From Hamiltosporidium tvaerminnensis FI-OER-3-3 (taxonomy: Eukaryota; Fungi; Microsporidia), in contig CM061254.1 of NCBI GenBank assembly GCA_022605425.2, forward strand, positions 310,001 through 374,000: a DNA stretch of 64,000 bases. Reading direction: 5' to 3'. Under the pieces are notes generated by a model that was not told where the DNA came from, ran no database searches, and saw only the letters and a program-made list of their open reading frames with translations. The position numbers and the translations under genes are program-made. This document shows, piece by piece, positions 53,819-64,000 of this stretch. Within the stretch, counting starts at the first letter, position 1; each line of letters begins with the position of its first letter.

Positions 53819-56149
53819 TTTCTTACATGAATATATTTTAACCATGCTATATCACCTTTCTCTTGCCATGCCAAAACACTCTATCTAACATTATTCAAAT
53901 ATTTAACAATAAATATCGTATATTAATATGGTCTCAGGATTTTTCTCATCATTCTTGTTAACTTGCACAGATCGAAGTAAGCAACTAATATAAGGAATAA
54001 AAAAAAAACAAATATCGTTAAATCTTATAGTTTTTTTTCCTAAAATTTATTTAAGTAGCTTAGATGTTATTTTTTTATTTTTATTGAAATATAGAGAAGT
54101 GTCAATTATAGCGAATCAGTAAAATAACCCGGAGATAATAAACAAAGCAAATAAATATAAATTACATTGAAATAAATTTCTTGGGTTTTCTTTATTGATT
54201 TTCTGGTTTCTTTTGGTATTGTTTTATTGCGATTTTTTATTTTTTCTGAAAACAGTCGTTTCTTACCAAAAAATACAAAATTTAATTTTTTTTAGTCCCA
54301 AAGGAACTGAAAGTGAGAAAATTCAGCTAAATCCTACATTGGACAGTGGTTATATTATATAGGATGACTAATAGGAAGAAATGTGATATTTCAAATTCGA
54401 AAGCTTTTTATTAGATATTCAACTCAATGAGATTTTATTTGTGGTGTGCCGCGTTAGGTCGTATGGCATGCTAAAATGATTTCTAAATATTTTAAACAAA
54501 TGATTTTTAATGTCTTTGATAGTTATAAAAAAAAATTAATGTTACCTAACAAGAAGATAGGCCCATTTACACTATTATGAAAAAAATTTTAACCGGCTAT
54601 ACGAAAAAAGTATACTTTTGGAATAATCGAATGTGATTTTGAATTATCTTAATCTTTAAATTGCCTTAAGATACAATATAAATATCAGATTTAAAAGCAA
54701 ACATCAATTAAAGTATTTCCAAAAACTTTGAAATGTTTAAAAGCCGAAAATAAAACCTATGGAAAACTCTCGAAAGCTATGATTTTCACAATTTTTAGAG
54801 ATCAAAATGTGAATAAAGCATAAAAAAAGTATTTCGAAGAAATATATATCCATCGTTTTTGTCTTGAGGTAATATTAATGTCAAAATATATATTGACCCA
54901 ATATTTTGTGTCAGAGTATGTTTTCGTGACAAAACCTCAATTTCAATGGAGTGTGATATGAAAATTTATGAATGTACATTTTATTTCAATTAGAACATAA
55001 TATTTAAATATATTATCAAAAAATAATGACAAAATATTTCAAGGGGCTGTAAAATATTTTATTAAAACTCATAAATTAAATATTTTTTTTAAATTATAAA
55101 GAATTATTATATCGAAATTTTTGTTTATCAAGAAATATAACAGTTATGAATTTTTTATTGAAAATTTTGATTTATTCCTCCTTCAATTATTCCTCTTAAA
55201 AATCGAAAACTTACGCGTTTTATATATCTTTACACAAGTCAATTAAAATGATTACTGAAATTTATATAATTGAGTTTATAAACTGAAAAAGTCTTGATAT
55301 ATTTCTTGTAAGACTGCTTTGTGTAAAATATTTAAAAAAATAATCAATCTTTTACTCATACTTTAATTTAAAAAGGTACATCGTTTTACATACACCTAAG
55401 AGGCATTCAAAAACTATACAATTATATCCGTTCTATTGTTTTTTTAATTAAAATTAAATTCTAGAATTAAAAAATGTATTCTTGAATACAAACAATTTAA
55501 TTATTTCTATTTTGGTTAAATAATAATGCAATATTTCTAATCGCTCTCATATTTCTTTTTTGGGTACAAAACTTACAAGTATCGATATTTTTTCGGTTTT
55601 TTGACCAACAACCTTTTTTTGCAAAATTTAATTGATTTAATAAAATATTTGAAAGTTATTGATTTTTGCTCTTATATATCTAGTTATAATTAAAAGAATG
55701 TTTTCTATATTAGAGCAGATGTCATAAAGATTATTTTTTATGAAAGTTTTGGCAAGAAGCTTTTTACAGATGAATTTTTCATTTTAAATAATCTAAGAAT
55801 ATTTAGTAAGATCTTTAAATTAGATTATATTAATTAAGATTTTCTAAATTATAGATGATTCTTTATGTTTCGATAAAATTATGAACTATTTGTAACATTT
55901 TAAAAGTCTATTATGCTTTTTTATAAGTATATGTAAGTAAAATTTATTTTATTATGAAATTGTTTAATCCATTTCTATTATCTTATTTTTTATAGATTCT
56001 GAAAAGTTGTAAGAAATTAGTAAATATTTTATAATTCCTCTTTGAATTAAGCATTGTCTAGGTCATAAAATAAATTAATTTCTATATTATTCCTTTATTT
56101 GGTAGAGGATGGATAACTATTTAAAAATTATCTAGGTTGCAATTAATAT

Positions 56150-56750
56150 ATGAAGCCGGAGGGCTAATCATTGTAGGGTTCTTGAAGTGATAAAAATGAT
56201 CCAAATTAGCTGTTGTTTCATGAAAGTAGGTATATGTCGATATGGTCTAAAGGGTGAATTCTCTTTTATAGACGTGGTTTATTGTTTTTATGTAATTTAA
56301 TCCGAGGTCAAGGCTAACAACTTATAGGTAATTTCCACTGAAACATAAAAAATGAGCCTTGTTCGCCTGATTTTCAAACTTGGGGGGGGGGGGGGTTTAG
56401 CTCGAAAAAACACTTTCTAGAAGCCAGGAAGACCTGGTTGCGTCTAAACCTAATGGTTAAAATTGCAAAATCAGGTAGAATTCATGTAAGTCAAATATAT
56501 ATTGAAGCTAGGTGGTTTTGTTGTTCGAAGAGTGTAGTAGTGGTTGAAATGCCGCAGATACTGGGATGTATAAGATGGGATTCAGCTTGCGATCCTACTA
56601 AATTCAGCATACATAAACGAGATTCTGCCAACTTCTCCGTCCTTTAAATAGAGTCTGAATACATATAGATTACGAACTTTAGGATGGCGGTATTGTAATC
56701 AATGCCGATATAGTGTTGGTAAAATAGTTATTTATGTTAAACGGAAAGAT
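56150..56750 (-). pseudogene. Possible decayed APE endonuclease fragment of a non-LTR retrotransposon
   Basis: GC-richer island. Minus-strand fragments FPFNIN, ICIQT, FNIYL, LGLDA..SW and PTF....LDHF occur in the order of the APE motifs (xWNxN, ICxQET, xxY, GDFN..W, PT....LD). Weak, with many disruptions. Confidence 0.3.
56382..56395. repeat. G14 homopolymer
   Basis: 14 consecutive G in an otherwise very AT-rich window. Confidence 0.9.
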
Positions 56751-56927
56751 GCGGTATTGTTGCGAAAAAAATATAAGCTCTACTGATTTTATAAAAATAA
56801 TTAATATTTGTTAAGTATTGTTCCGTTTAAATTTTAAAAATTTATCTTAGACCTATTTAGTTATTTGGTTACAATTATATCAAGAAAGAATATTAAAAAC
56901 ATTACTTGATGCATGTAAATGCCTGGT

Positions 56928-58462
56928 TTATTTAAAACTGAATATGGCATTCTTGTTAAATAAATTATTAATTTCGTTTCTGAATTCTGGGGCCAAATCA
57001 AAATTAATTTTCTCAAACATAACATTCCATAAAAACCTAATCGCACATTTATAAAATTTGGCCGAAATTCTCAATATTTTCATACTATCTAAGCTGAACT
57101 CATTTGCTAATATTTTTATTAAGCATTTTACAAAAAGATCGTAGTATAGAAGAAACTCTTTTTGGTGCAGAGTAAAAGCAATTTTCGTATTTATTTCCTG
57201 TATATAAAATCTTAATTCCGTTAAAATATTTTTATACATTATAATCCATTTAATTGTATCTAATCTTGTAAAACTTAAGCGATCAAAACCTAAGTACCTA
57301 GAAATCTGTGCAAATATTTTCTTGTTGCTAATTGTATCAACAGAATTATTCCATAAAAAAACATGTATTTTGACATATTCTTTAACGTCTAACATAAAGA
57401 ACAAATCGAAATATACTTTTTTTAAAGGGATGTTTGTAAAACGAGACTCATCAGCATTTTTTGAAACCAATTTACTTCTAAAGGAAAGATAAATTGGAAT
57501 AAAAATATCATCAGTTTTTAAACTCTCGAAAAATAAAATAAGAAAGTGAAAATGGTTTCTTGATCAGATAAAATTATTTTACAATTTTTTTTCTGATATA
57601 ATCGGCCTTTGTTAGGAAAATATATTTTTTCTTCTTCGATAGTCTCTCTGGATCTTGAACAGATAATATGGATAATAAATAAATTTCGAAACAAATGAAA
57701 AGGTTTTAGATCAGATTGAAGATATTTATCATTGATGAATGTACCAAATCCAAAAAGTTCTGGAAAAAAAGAAATATATAGCGACCTTTTAAAGTCATTC
57801 CATTGAAAAAGAATTAGTTTTTTTGTTTCATCAAAAATCCAAGCTAAGTCAGTTTCAGATGAAGAATGACAATAAAATCGCTCATATAATTCTAATCTTT
57901 TCAAATATAATTTAATATGTGAAATTAAAGTATAAAAATGAATTCCATTTACAGAAAAAATATGATGCAGTTCTTCACACATTTTAACAAAAACATATTC
58001 TATTTTTTGAGGTGACTTGGAATGAAACAGAAGCATATTGTCTATGGATAAAGAAAACTCGGAAGCTTTACGGGAACATGCTTGATTTGAATTATCCATT
58101 AAATTTTGTATAGAACACGGTGGCAATAATATTTGTGGTTCCTGATAAGAGAATTCTCCTTTTAAAAGAGCTGTGATTTTCGGATAGAATGAAGCCTTGT
58201 TTTTATCACCTTCAAGATGTGGCGTTGCTACAGTTTCTGAAGTTGCATTTGATTTAATTTTTTTTTCTTTTTCCGAATCTGGATTATCGCAATTATTATA
58301 TATTTTTTGTCTTTTGCATTTTTGAAACTCATAAATCATATCTTCTTCGCTTTCGGTATCTGTAATCAAACATCTTTCGGTATTAACTCTAATAATATCT
58401 GTGGCTAGTAAGGATTTGATTAACATTGAACTTAGTTGTACATAAAAAATTCGATTTATCAT
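56928..58462 (-). pseudogene. Lineage-specific putative secreted protein (~511 aa if repaired), split by one frameshift near 57562
   Basis: ORF 58462-57518 (314 aa, hydrophobic N-terminus) overlaps a second frame that is open from 57563 to 56928. Adding one base at tct gat^ca aga gives ...ILSDSRNHFHFLILFFESLK... and a continuous ORF. Confidence 0.7.
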
Positions 58463-60129
58463 GGATAAAAAATAGTTCCTAGTTTTTTATAAATGGAATT
58501 TAAATAATATATTAAATATTAAACAAATTAAATTGCTCTATTAAGATTGCTCTTCGAATTTAAATTATTATTTGATTTTGAGAAATAAGAGAAAGCTGTA
58601 TATTATCACATATTATGAATTAAGAACATTCTAATTTTAGTGATTTTGAATCATTTTAATTACCAAGAAAGTATTTTAAATTAGCGCAATTAATATTAGA
58701 AACTAGACAAAGAAATATTAATATTTTAGATTAAATCGTGATTTAAATTGATTTTTTTTATAAATCTTGTAAACTATACAAATATTTTTATCAGATAGTT
58801 AAAATCAAGTTGATACTCCAAAATGTTTGAATTAAAATCAACTCATATTCAGCATTCATTATTTGTGTTGACTTATAAAAGAAATCAGGAATACTTTAAA
58901 ATTAAATCTATTAAAATGCAGTTTTACTATTTGCGAATTTTAAATCAAAACATATTCTACTGTTATAAATTTGATACTATATTTTTATTTTTAAAGATAT
59001 ATTTCAAAAAAATATAACTGACTAGGTTTCATCCTAATATTCCTAGTCATTTAATTCCTAAAATTGTTTTAATAAAATGCAGAGGAGTTTATTCAAATAT
59101 ATGATTAAAACAATGTTTTAATGCTCATCGTAAACAATTACTATATTTTTCAAAAAAAGGTCGAAATACTGATACTAAATTTCAAAACATACAGAGCTGA
59201 ATGTGTTAGAACGAAAAAGTTTTTATAGTAATGCGAGATAAAAAATAAAATTGAATTATTCGAGAGTTTATTTGAGTAACTTGAAGTTAAAATTTATAGT
59301 CTGTTTTCGAGTATATAAATCATATTTGAAATAAAATAAATGTCTTGTTTTTTTACAAAAGTAATATGTGTGATTTTTTTTTAAGAACTATATCTAGACT
59401 TTGACTCTCACTTAGACAAATGCTCTTAGACAATTTATCAAAATCCCTTAGATATCTAAATCGAAAAGTATTTCCCTTGGAATTTAAGATTTGCCGTTTA
59501 ATGCGAAAAAATTTCTAGATTTTCTGTATCATAGATTGCCTGGTGTGTGATTGTAAATAGACACTCACTTTAGATTCCCAAATAGACCACATCATATGAA
59601 CATATTCTGCTGCTTCAAAATAAAAAAAACATCTAGCCAAAATCACATAGCCGTCATAATGTCATACTAACAAATATTCCCCGTGGCGTAGTTTTTTTAA
59701 ATTATTGAAAGGTAAGTATTTTGCCTACCCAGGCTCAGTCACTACCATAGTGAATAAAGGTAGATTTACATATTTTTAAATCGAATTTTTTATAGCTGCA
59801 GCCGAAATCTTCGAATATATTGAATTAAAAACTATTAATTAAGGTTTGAAAAAAGTTTCGGCTTTCTATAAACTATCTTTTACTCATAGCAATTCTCTAT
59901 AGAACAATCAGAAAATTGATTTTTGTCGTTTCAGAGATTTAAAAAATGACGATTGCACTATTATACCAAATTTTTATACAAATCAATATTTACCAAAAAA
60001 TTTGATTTGTATCAAAATTAAAGTCTTATATATAAAAGATTTTTTTATACGATATAACAACAATATCAAGATAAAAGACATGTAAATTTATTTGTAAAAT
60101 TATAAATACGAATATAAAATCAAGTTGGT

Positions 60130-61953
60130 TTAATGATAATATAACTTCATCAATAAATAATGCACATATTTTAGGATTTTTCGACTTCTCTCGAGATAGA
60201 AATTGTCTCGCAATTTATGGTGACTATAAATAATTTTTGAATGAGTCCATTTTATCATAGTTTCTAATCTAAACAAAACCTCAATAAATTCCTCGTTTTC
60301 GATTTCAATTTTCTCCTTATTATCGTAGTTAGTCGAAATCTTTATTAAATCTTCATTAAAATCTGAATATATTGTGGAGAAATTCGATATCTTTTTCATT
60401 AAATTATAAGTTCCAATATATTGTCTAATCAAATCCATGTCTTTTAAATTCAAAAAAAACTTTTTGAAAAAATATTTTTGATTTGAAAACGATGACTCCG
60501 AAGAACTCATAACGTTGGATTTATAGAATTCTATGGCACTGGTCGCATATTTATTATTGAAATCGCGTAAAAATACACATTGGCAAAGAATGTTTAATTG
60601 CAGACAATAAATCTTTTTTTTATGACGTAATCTCTTAATACCTCCTATATCATTAAAATATATCAAGCTACCTATAATAATATAAAAGTGTTTCCTGCTA
60701 TCAAAGTTTTCGATTCCAAAAAGCAAATTATAAAAGATAAATCGAAGTGAAAAAACAAAACTATTATATTTGAAACAAAAAATATTTTTAAGTCCAACGA
60801 AATCAACAAGATTTGAATGCCAGATTTCTAATAATTTAAACATAAAACTAACATAAACCACATGATTTTTTTTAACAACTATCGAGCCTTTGTTGTAGGA
60901 ATAAATAAAAAAATAAATTTCATTTAAAATACGATATTTTTTTAAGTTTGAAATATTTTCTTCGAAATTCCTTAAATCTAATTCCCTGAGAAAATTATTC
61001 ATTTGTTCGTTTGATAAATTTTTCATATTTTTTTTTTCAAAACAAATTATCTTTTTTGCAAATTCAAAATAAGGAATTAAATCTTCGTGTCTTTTTATTC
61101 GTTTATATTGCATTGAATGTATTTTCCGGGAAAGTAGATTTTCAAAACACCTTTCTTCTGCAAATCTTAAAAAATTAGAGGATATATCTTCACATGTATT
61201 TTTAGAAATAATCTCTTCGATGGTTTCGTGCAAATAACCAATATTCCGAATTGCCTTTATTTTATCAGAATCGCTGATCGGTGGAAATTTATGACGTTTA
61301 TTAAAATTTTGTTTGACATTCAAGTTCAGTAATGTATCTTTCCTTTTTTTCTGATTAAGTTCATTTTTTTGTAAAAACCTAATATTTTTGCTTTTTTCTA
61401 TATCTTCTCCACATACCGTATTTTCTTTTCTGTTTTCATTTTCTTGTGGTATTTTATGTGTCAAATCGGATTTGGAATAGTAATTATGAGATTGTTTATT
61501 ACTAACTTGTACATATTCAACCTTACCTTCTAATACGTTTTTTAAAATGCATTTATTAGTAATGGATGTTTTACCTTTTTGCAGCGTATTATCAGACGAT
61601 GTATTATTTGGTTGAACACTGTTTTCTGAATAATCTACATTGTATTTTTCAATTTCTGATGTCGAAAAGTCTACCAATACATCCGCAAATAATGGATCGG
61701 GTTCTGTTTTTTCGCTTCCCAGGCAAAAACCTTCGTCATATGTATATGAATAGTTTTCGAATCCTGATTCTAAATTAGGATCATTGTATTCCTCCTCATC
61801 TATTAAAAACAAACTTTCGGATGAAAAAGTATTAGAATATTCGTTTATTTCAAACCTATCACGTTCTTGAGAATTATCTGATAAATGTCCTAACCAACTA
61901 CATAGAGTTTTTTTAGGAATAAAAATCAACAAAAGTTTTAAAATAAGTTTCAT
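60130..61953 (-). CDS. Hypothetical secreted protein, 607 aa (signal peptide, acidic/low-complexity N-half, helical C-half)
   Basis: Long intact ORF in AT-rich DNA. N-terminus MKLILKLLLIFIPKKTLCS is signal-peptide-like, and there is a KKRK...KRHK basic cluster. No recognisable family. Confidence 0.85.
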   Translation of the reverse strand: MKLILKLLLIFIPKKTLCSWLGHLSDNSQERDRFEINEYSNTFSSESLFLIDEEEYNDPNLESGFENYSYTYDEGFCLGSEKTEPDPLFADVLVDFSTSEIEKYNVDYSENSVQPNNTSSDNTLQKGKTSITNKCILKNVLEGKVEYVQVSNKQSHNYYSKSDLTHKIPQENENRKENTVCGEDIEKSKNIRFLQKNELNQKKRKDTLLNLNVKQNFNKRHKFPPISDSDKIKAIRNIGYLHETIEEIISKNTCEDISSNFLRFAEERCFENLLSRKIHSMQYKRIKRHEDLIPYFEFAKKIICFEKKNMKNLSNEQMNNFLRELDLRNFEENISNLKKYRILNEIYFFIYSYNKGSIVVKKNHVVYVSFMFKLLEIWHSNLVDFVGLKNIFCFKYNSFVFSLRFIFYNLLFGIENFDSRKHFYIIIGSLIYFNDIGGIKRLRHKKKIYCLQLNILCQCVFLRDFNNKYATSAIEFYKSNVMSSSESSFSNQKYFFKKFFLNLKDMDLIRQYIGTYNLMKKISNFSTIYSDFNEDLIKISTNYDNKEKIEIENEEFIEVLFRLETMIKWTHSKIIYSHHKLRDNFYLERSRKILKYVHYLLMKLYYH

Positions 61954-63464
61954 TACGGTTTTCCTTTGGAAAATATTTATAAAAAAAAGTAACTAAAATC
62001 AAAATCATATTGAAATTTTTGACAGGATATATGATTGTTGATTCATATTTATATGTCTTAGTTAAAATAACATAGTATAGATTTATTATTATTTGAATTT
62101 AGTAATTTAAAATAACTGTTGTACTTTATAATGTCCTTTTCTGTCTGAAAAGATGACGATTGTTTCAAACTTGAATTTAATTAATTGCATTTAAAATTTA
62201 GCAAATAAAAAGGTATAAGAAGAAATGTTGGTAGCGCAAAAAAAGGCTGCAAACGACGCTAATGAAATGAATAAAATTGCAAAGTGATGCAAAACTGTAA
62301 GAAACGCCTACCAGTGAATTCCGTATCTTTCTCTCCTATACAAAAAAAACACATACATCACCATGCCAAACATGCAGATACATGCAAAATATTGGAATTG
62401 ACATCTTATCTTTCACTTATACACTCTTTCGCAATTCGGTTGATCTCTGCGGGCGAACCATCGTATATAATGACAAAACTCTGTATTCTAGCCATTCCTT
62501 AATGTAAAAGTCTAATTACATGGCAAATGATATACGATTCCGTTGTCGACTTGAAGAAATAGCCTCACACTGTTTTTTTTTTTCGGTACAGACAAGATTT
62601 AAAATAATGCTTCATGACGCGTAGAACGAGCCACACTGGTACTTTAATGGGAAATTCGGCTGCATATTAACTCTCGACGGTAAAAAGAATGGGCATAGAC
62701 TGAGATAAGAAGAGAGTAAAATCGGTAGAAGATGAAGAGCAATGTAAATTCACCGGTTTTATCGCTGATTCCTGCACCTTTAACCACACTTCCGAGTAAA
62801 TGAACCAACGTGGTTTAACTTTGTGTAAAATTAGAGAAATCTTGTGGTAACAATTTTAAAAGTGGTCCTCCAAACTCAAAAACATCCATATAAATTTTCT
62901 CATAGTAGAACCTTGAATCTCATTAAACAAGTAGTTCGTAATATTCTGAGCCCTATATATCTGAGTAAATTACGGACGCCGTGCATATCATACAAACAGC
63001 GCAGGTATGCTATGACGATGCAACACGCATATAGAAGCCCAGATACGCTTGGATAAAAACATATAGCGTTAAATATCAGAGTTGGTACTGCCCAAAGCTC
63101 ATCTTGAAAAGTTTTAGACAAGATAGGATCTCTATTTCAGAAACGAAGAGCATTAAGAAAATCATAAGAATGTTCAATTTAAACCTCTGAAATGTAACTG
63201 ATATTTCCGAGGCTTTGTTAAGAAAAATGTGTCTTCATGTGTTTAAGAGAAAAAATTACGATGCATAAAATTCGGAATTCTTCCGAAAGAAGAATCGTGT
63301 TTTAGATTTTCCGAGGTCGATTTTATCTTAAGTTATCTGAGCTCGTTAAATTCGAGCATATGATTGGTCTTAAAGGAATTTGTGGATATTTATCTACTAT
63401 ATTGATAAAAATAAAGGCAAAGTCACGTATTCTTGTTATTTTATCCAATTTGTATCAGATAATT

Positions 63465-64000
63465 ATCCGACAATCTCCCCTTTTCTTGATGAGTTGGTAA
63501 GTATACATAATTGGCTTCTCAAAAAAGAAAGCTTCTGAAATTGAGGTTATTTATAATCTTTTCATCAAGAAATAAACAACACTTTTAGAATATATTTATT
63601 ATATGTGTAGGTTATATGTTTATAAGGTATATTCTATGCTGATTAGGACTAGTATTTGTCACATATTTGATCCTGAAACGAATTTGATAAAGAAGCTCTG
63701 AGTACAGGTCAATCATATCTGTGTCAAACCTCTATGAGTTAACGAAGAATGTTTTTAACGAAAGTCGTTTAACTTGAAGTACAAGGGCGAAAGTTGCTTG
63801 CCTAGAACCAATTAGTAACGGTAAGCAGTGTGCAGAGAGGAAAAAATCGGGCTCTATTGAACATTGCCTTGAATAAAAAATATGGAAACAATCTTAGAGG
63901 AACGTAGATTAATGTAAAAAGCTTATGATTTTATAGATCATACAAATTTTACTCAATGCATTGAAAACCTTTATTTACCAAATCGATCCTGAAAATTTTC
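63465..64000 (+). mobile_element. Second decayed R4/Dong-type RT fragment, truncated by the window end
   Basis: Nucleotide and peptide similarity to 11505-11790, e.g. tgaacattgcctt(g/a)aataaa, aaaaagc(t/g)tat and atagatcat. Upstream fragments such as HNWLL, VIYNLFIKK, TYLILK and YRSIISVSNLYELT match RT domains 0-2. Confidence 0.8.

Noticed and set aside
53689-53874. 61-aa ORF with AEPIPQPLPIIQPQ
   Set aside because: It reads through the right TIR of the transposon; the proline-rich stretch is just the TIR sequence.
1-64000. tRNA, rRNA or snRNA genes
   Set aside because: No cloverleaf with a T-loop GTTCRA in proper context and no rRNA-like GC-rich block seen by eye. A tRNAscan-SE/Infernal run would be needed to exclude diverged ones.

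Overview
Very AT-rich, gene-sparse eukaryotic DNA, most likely from a large-genome microsporidian. The evidence for that is intronless, highly diverged housekeeping genes with a CCC-type motif just before the ATG; a Hamiltosporidium-like species is a guess, not a result. The first ~43 kb has no credible intact protein gene. It holds a decayed R4/Dong-type (RT + restriction-like endonuclease) non-LTR retrotransposon at ~11.5-13.7 kb and four dispersed copies of a ~160-230 bp element. That element looks like a non-autonomous RTE derivative with a conserved, pseudoknotted, ribozyme-like 5' RNA module, an RTE-type 3' end and target-site duplications. The right third carries four minus-strand genes: a NASP/Sim3/Hif1 histone chaperone, Utp13/TBL3, and two related lineage-specific signal-peptide proteins, one split by a single frameshift. 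It also has a 1,779 bp TG...CA DNA transposon with 22-bp TIRs, a 5-bp TSD and a decayed retroviral-type integrase (Ginger/TDD-like), several small tandem repeats, and a second R4/Dong fragment running off the right end. Most short ORFs in the supplied track are judged spurious. All alignments, translations and folds were done by eye.
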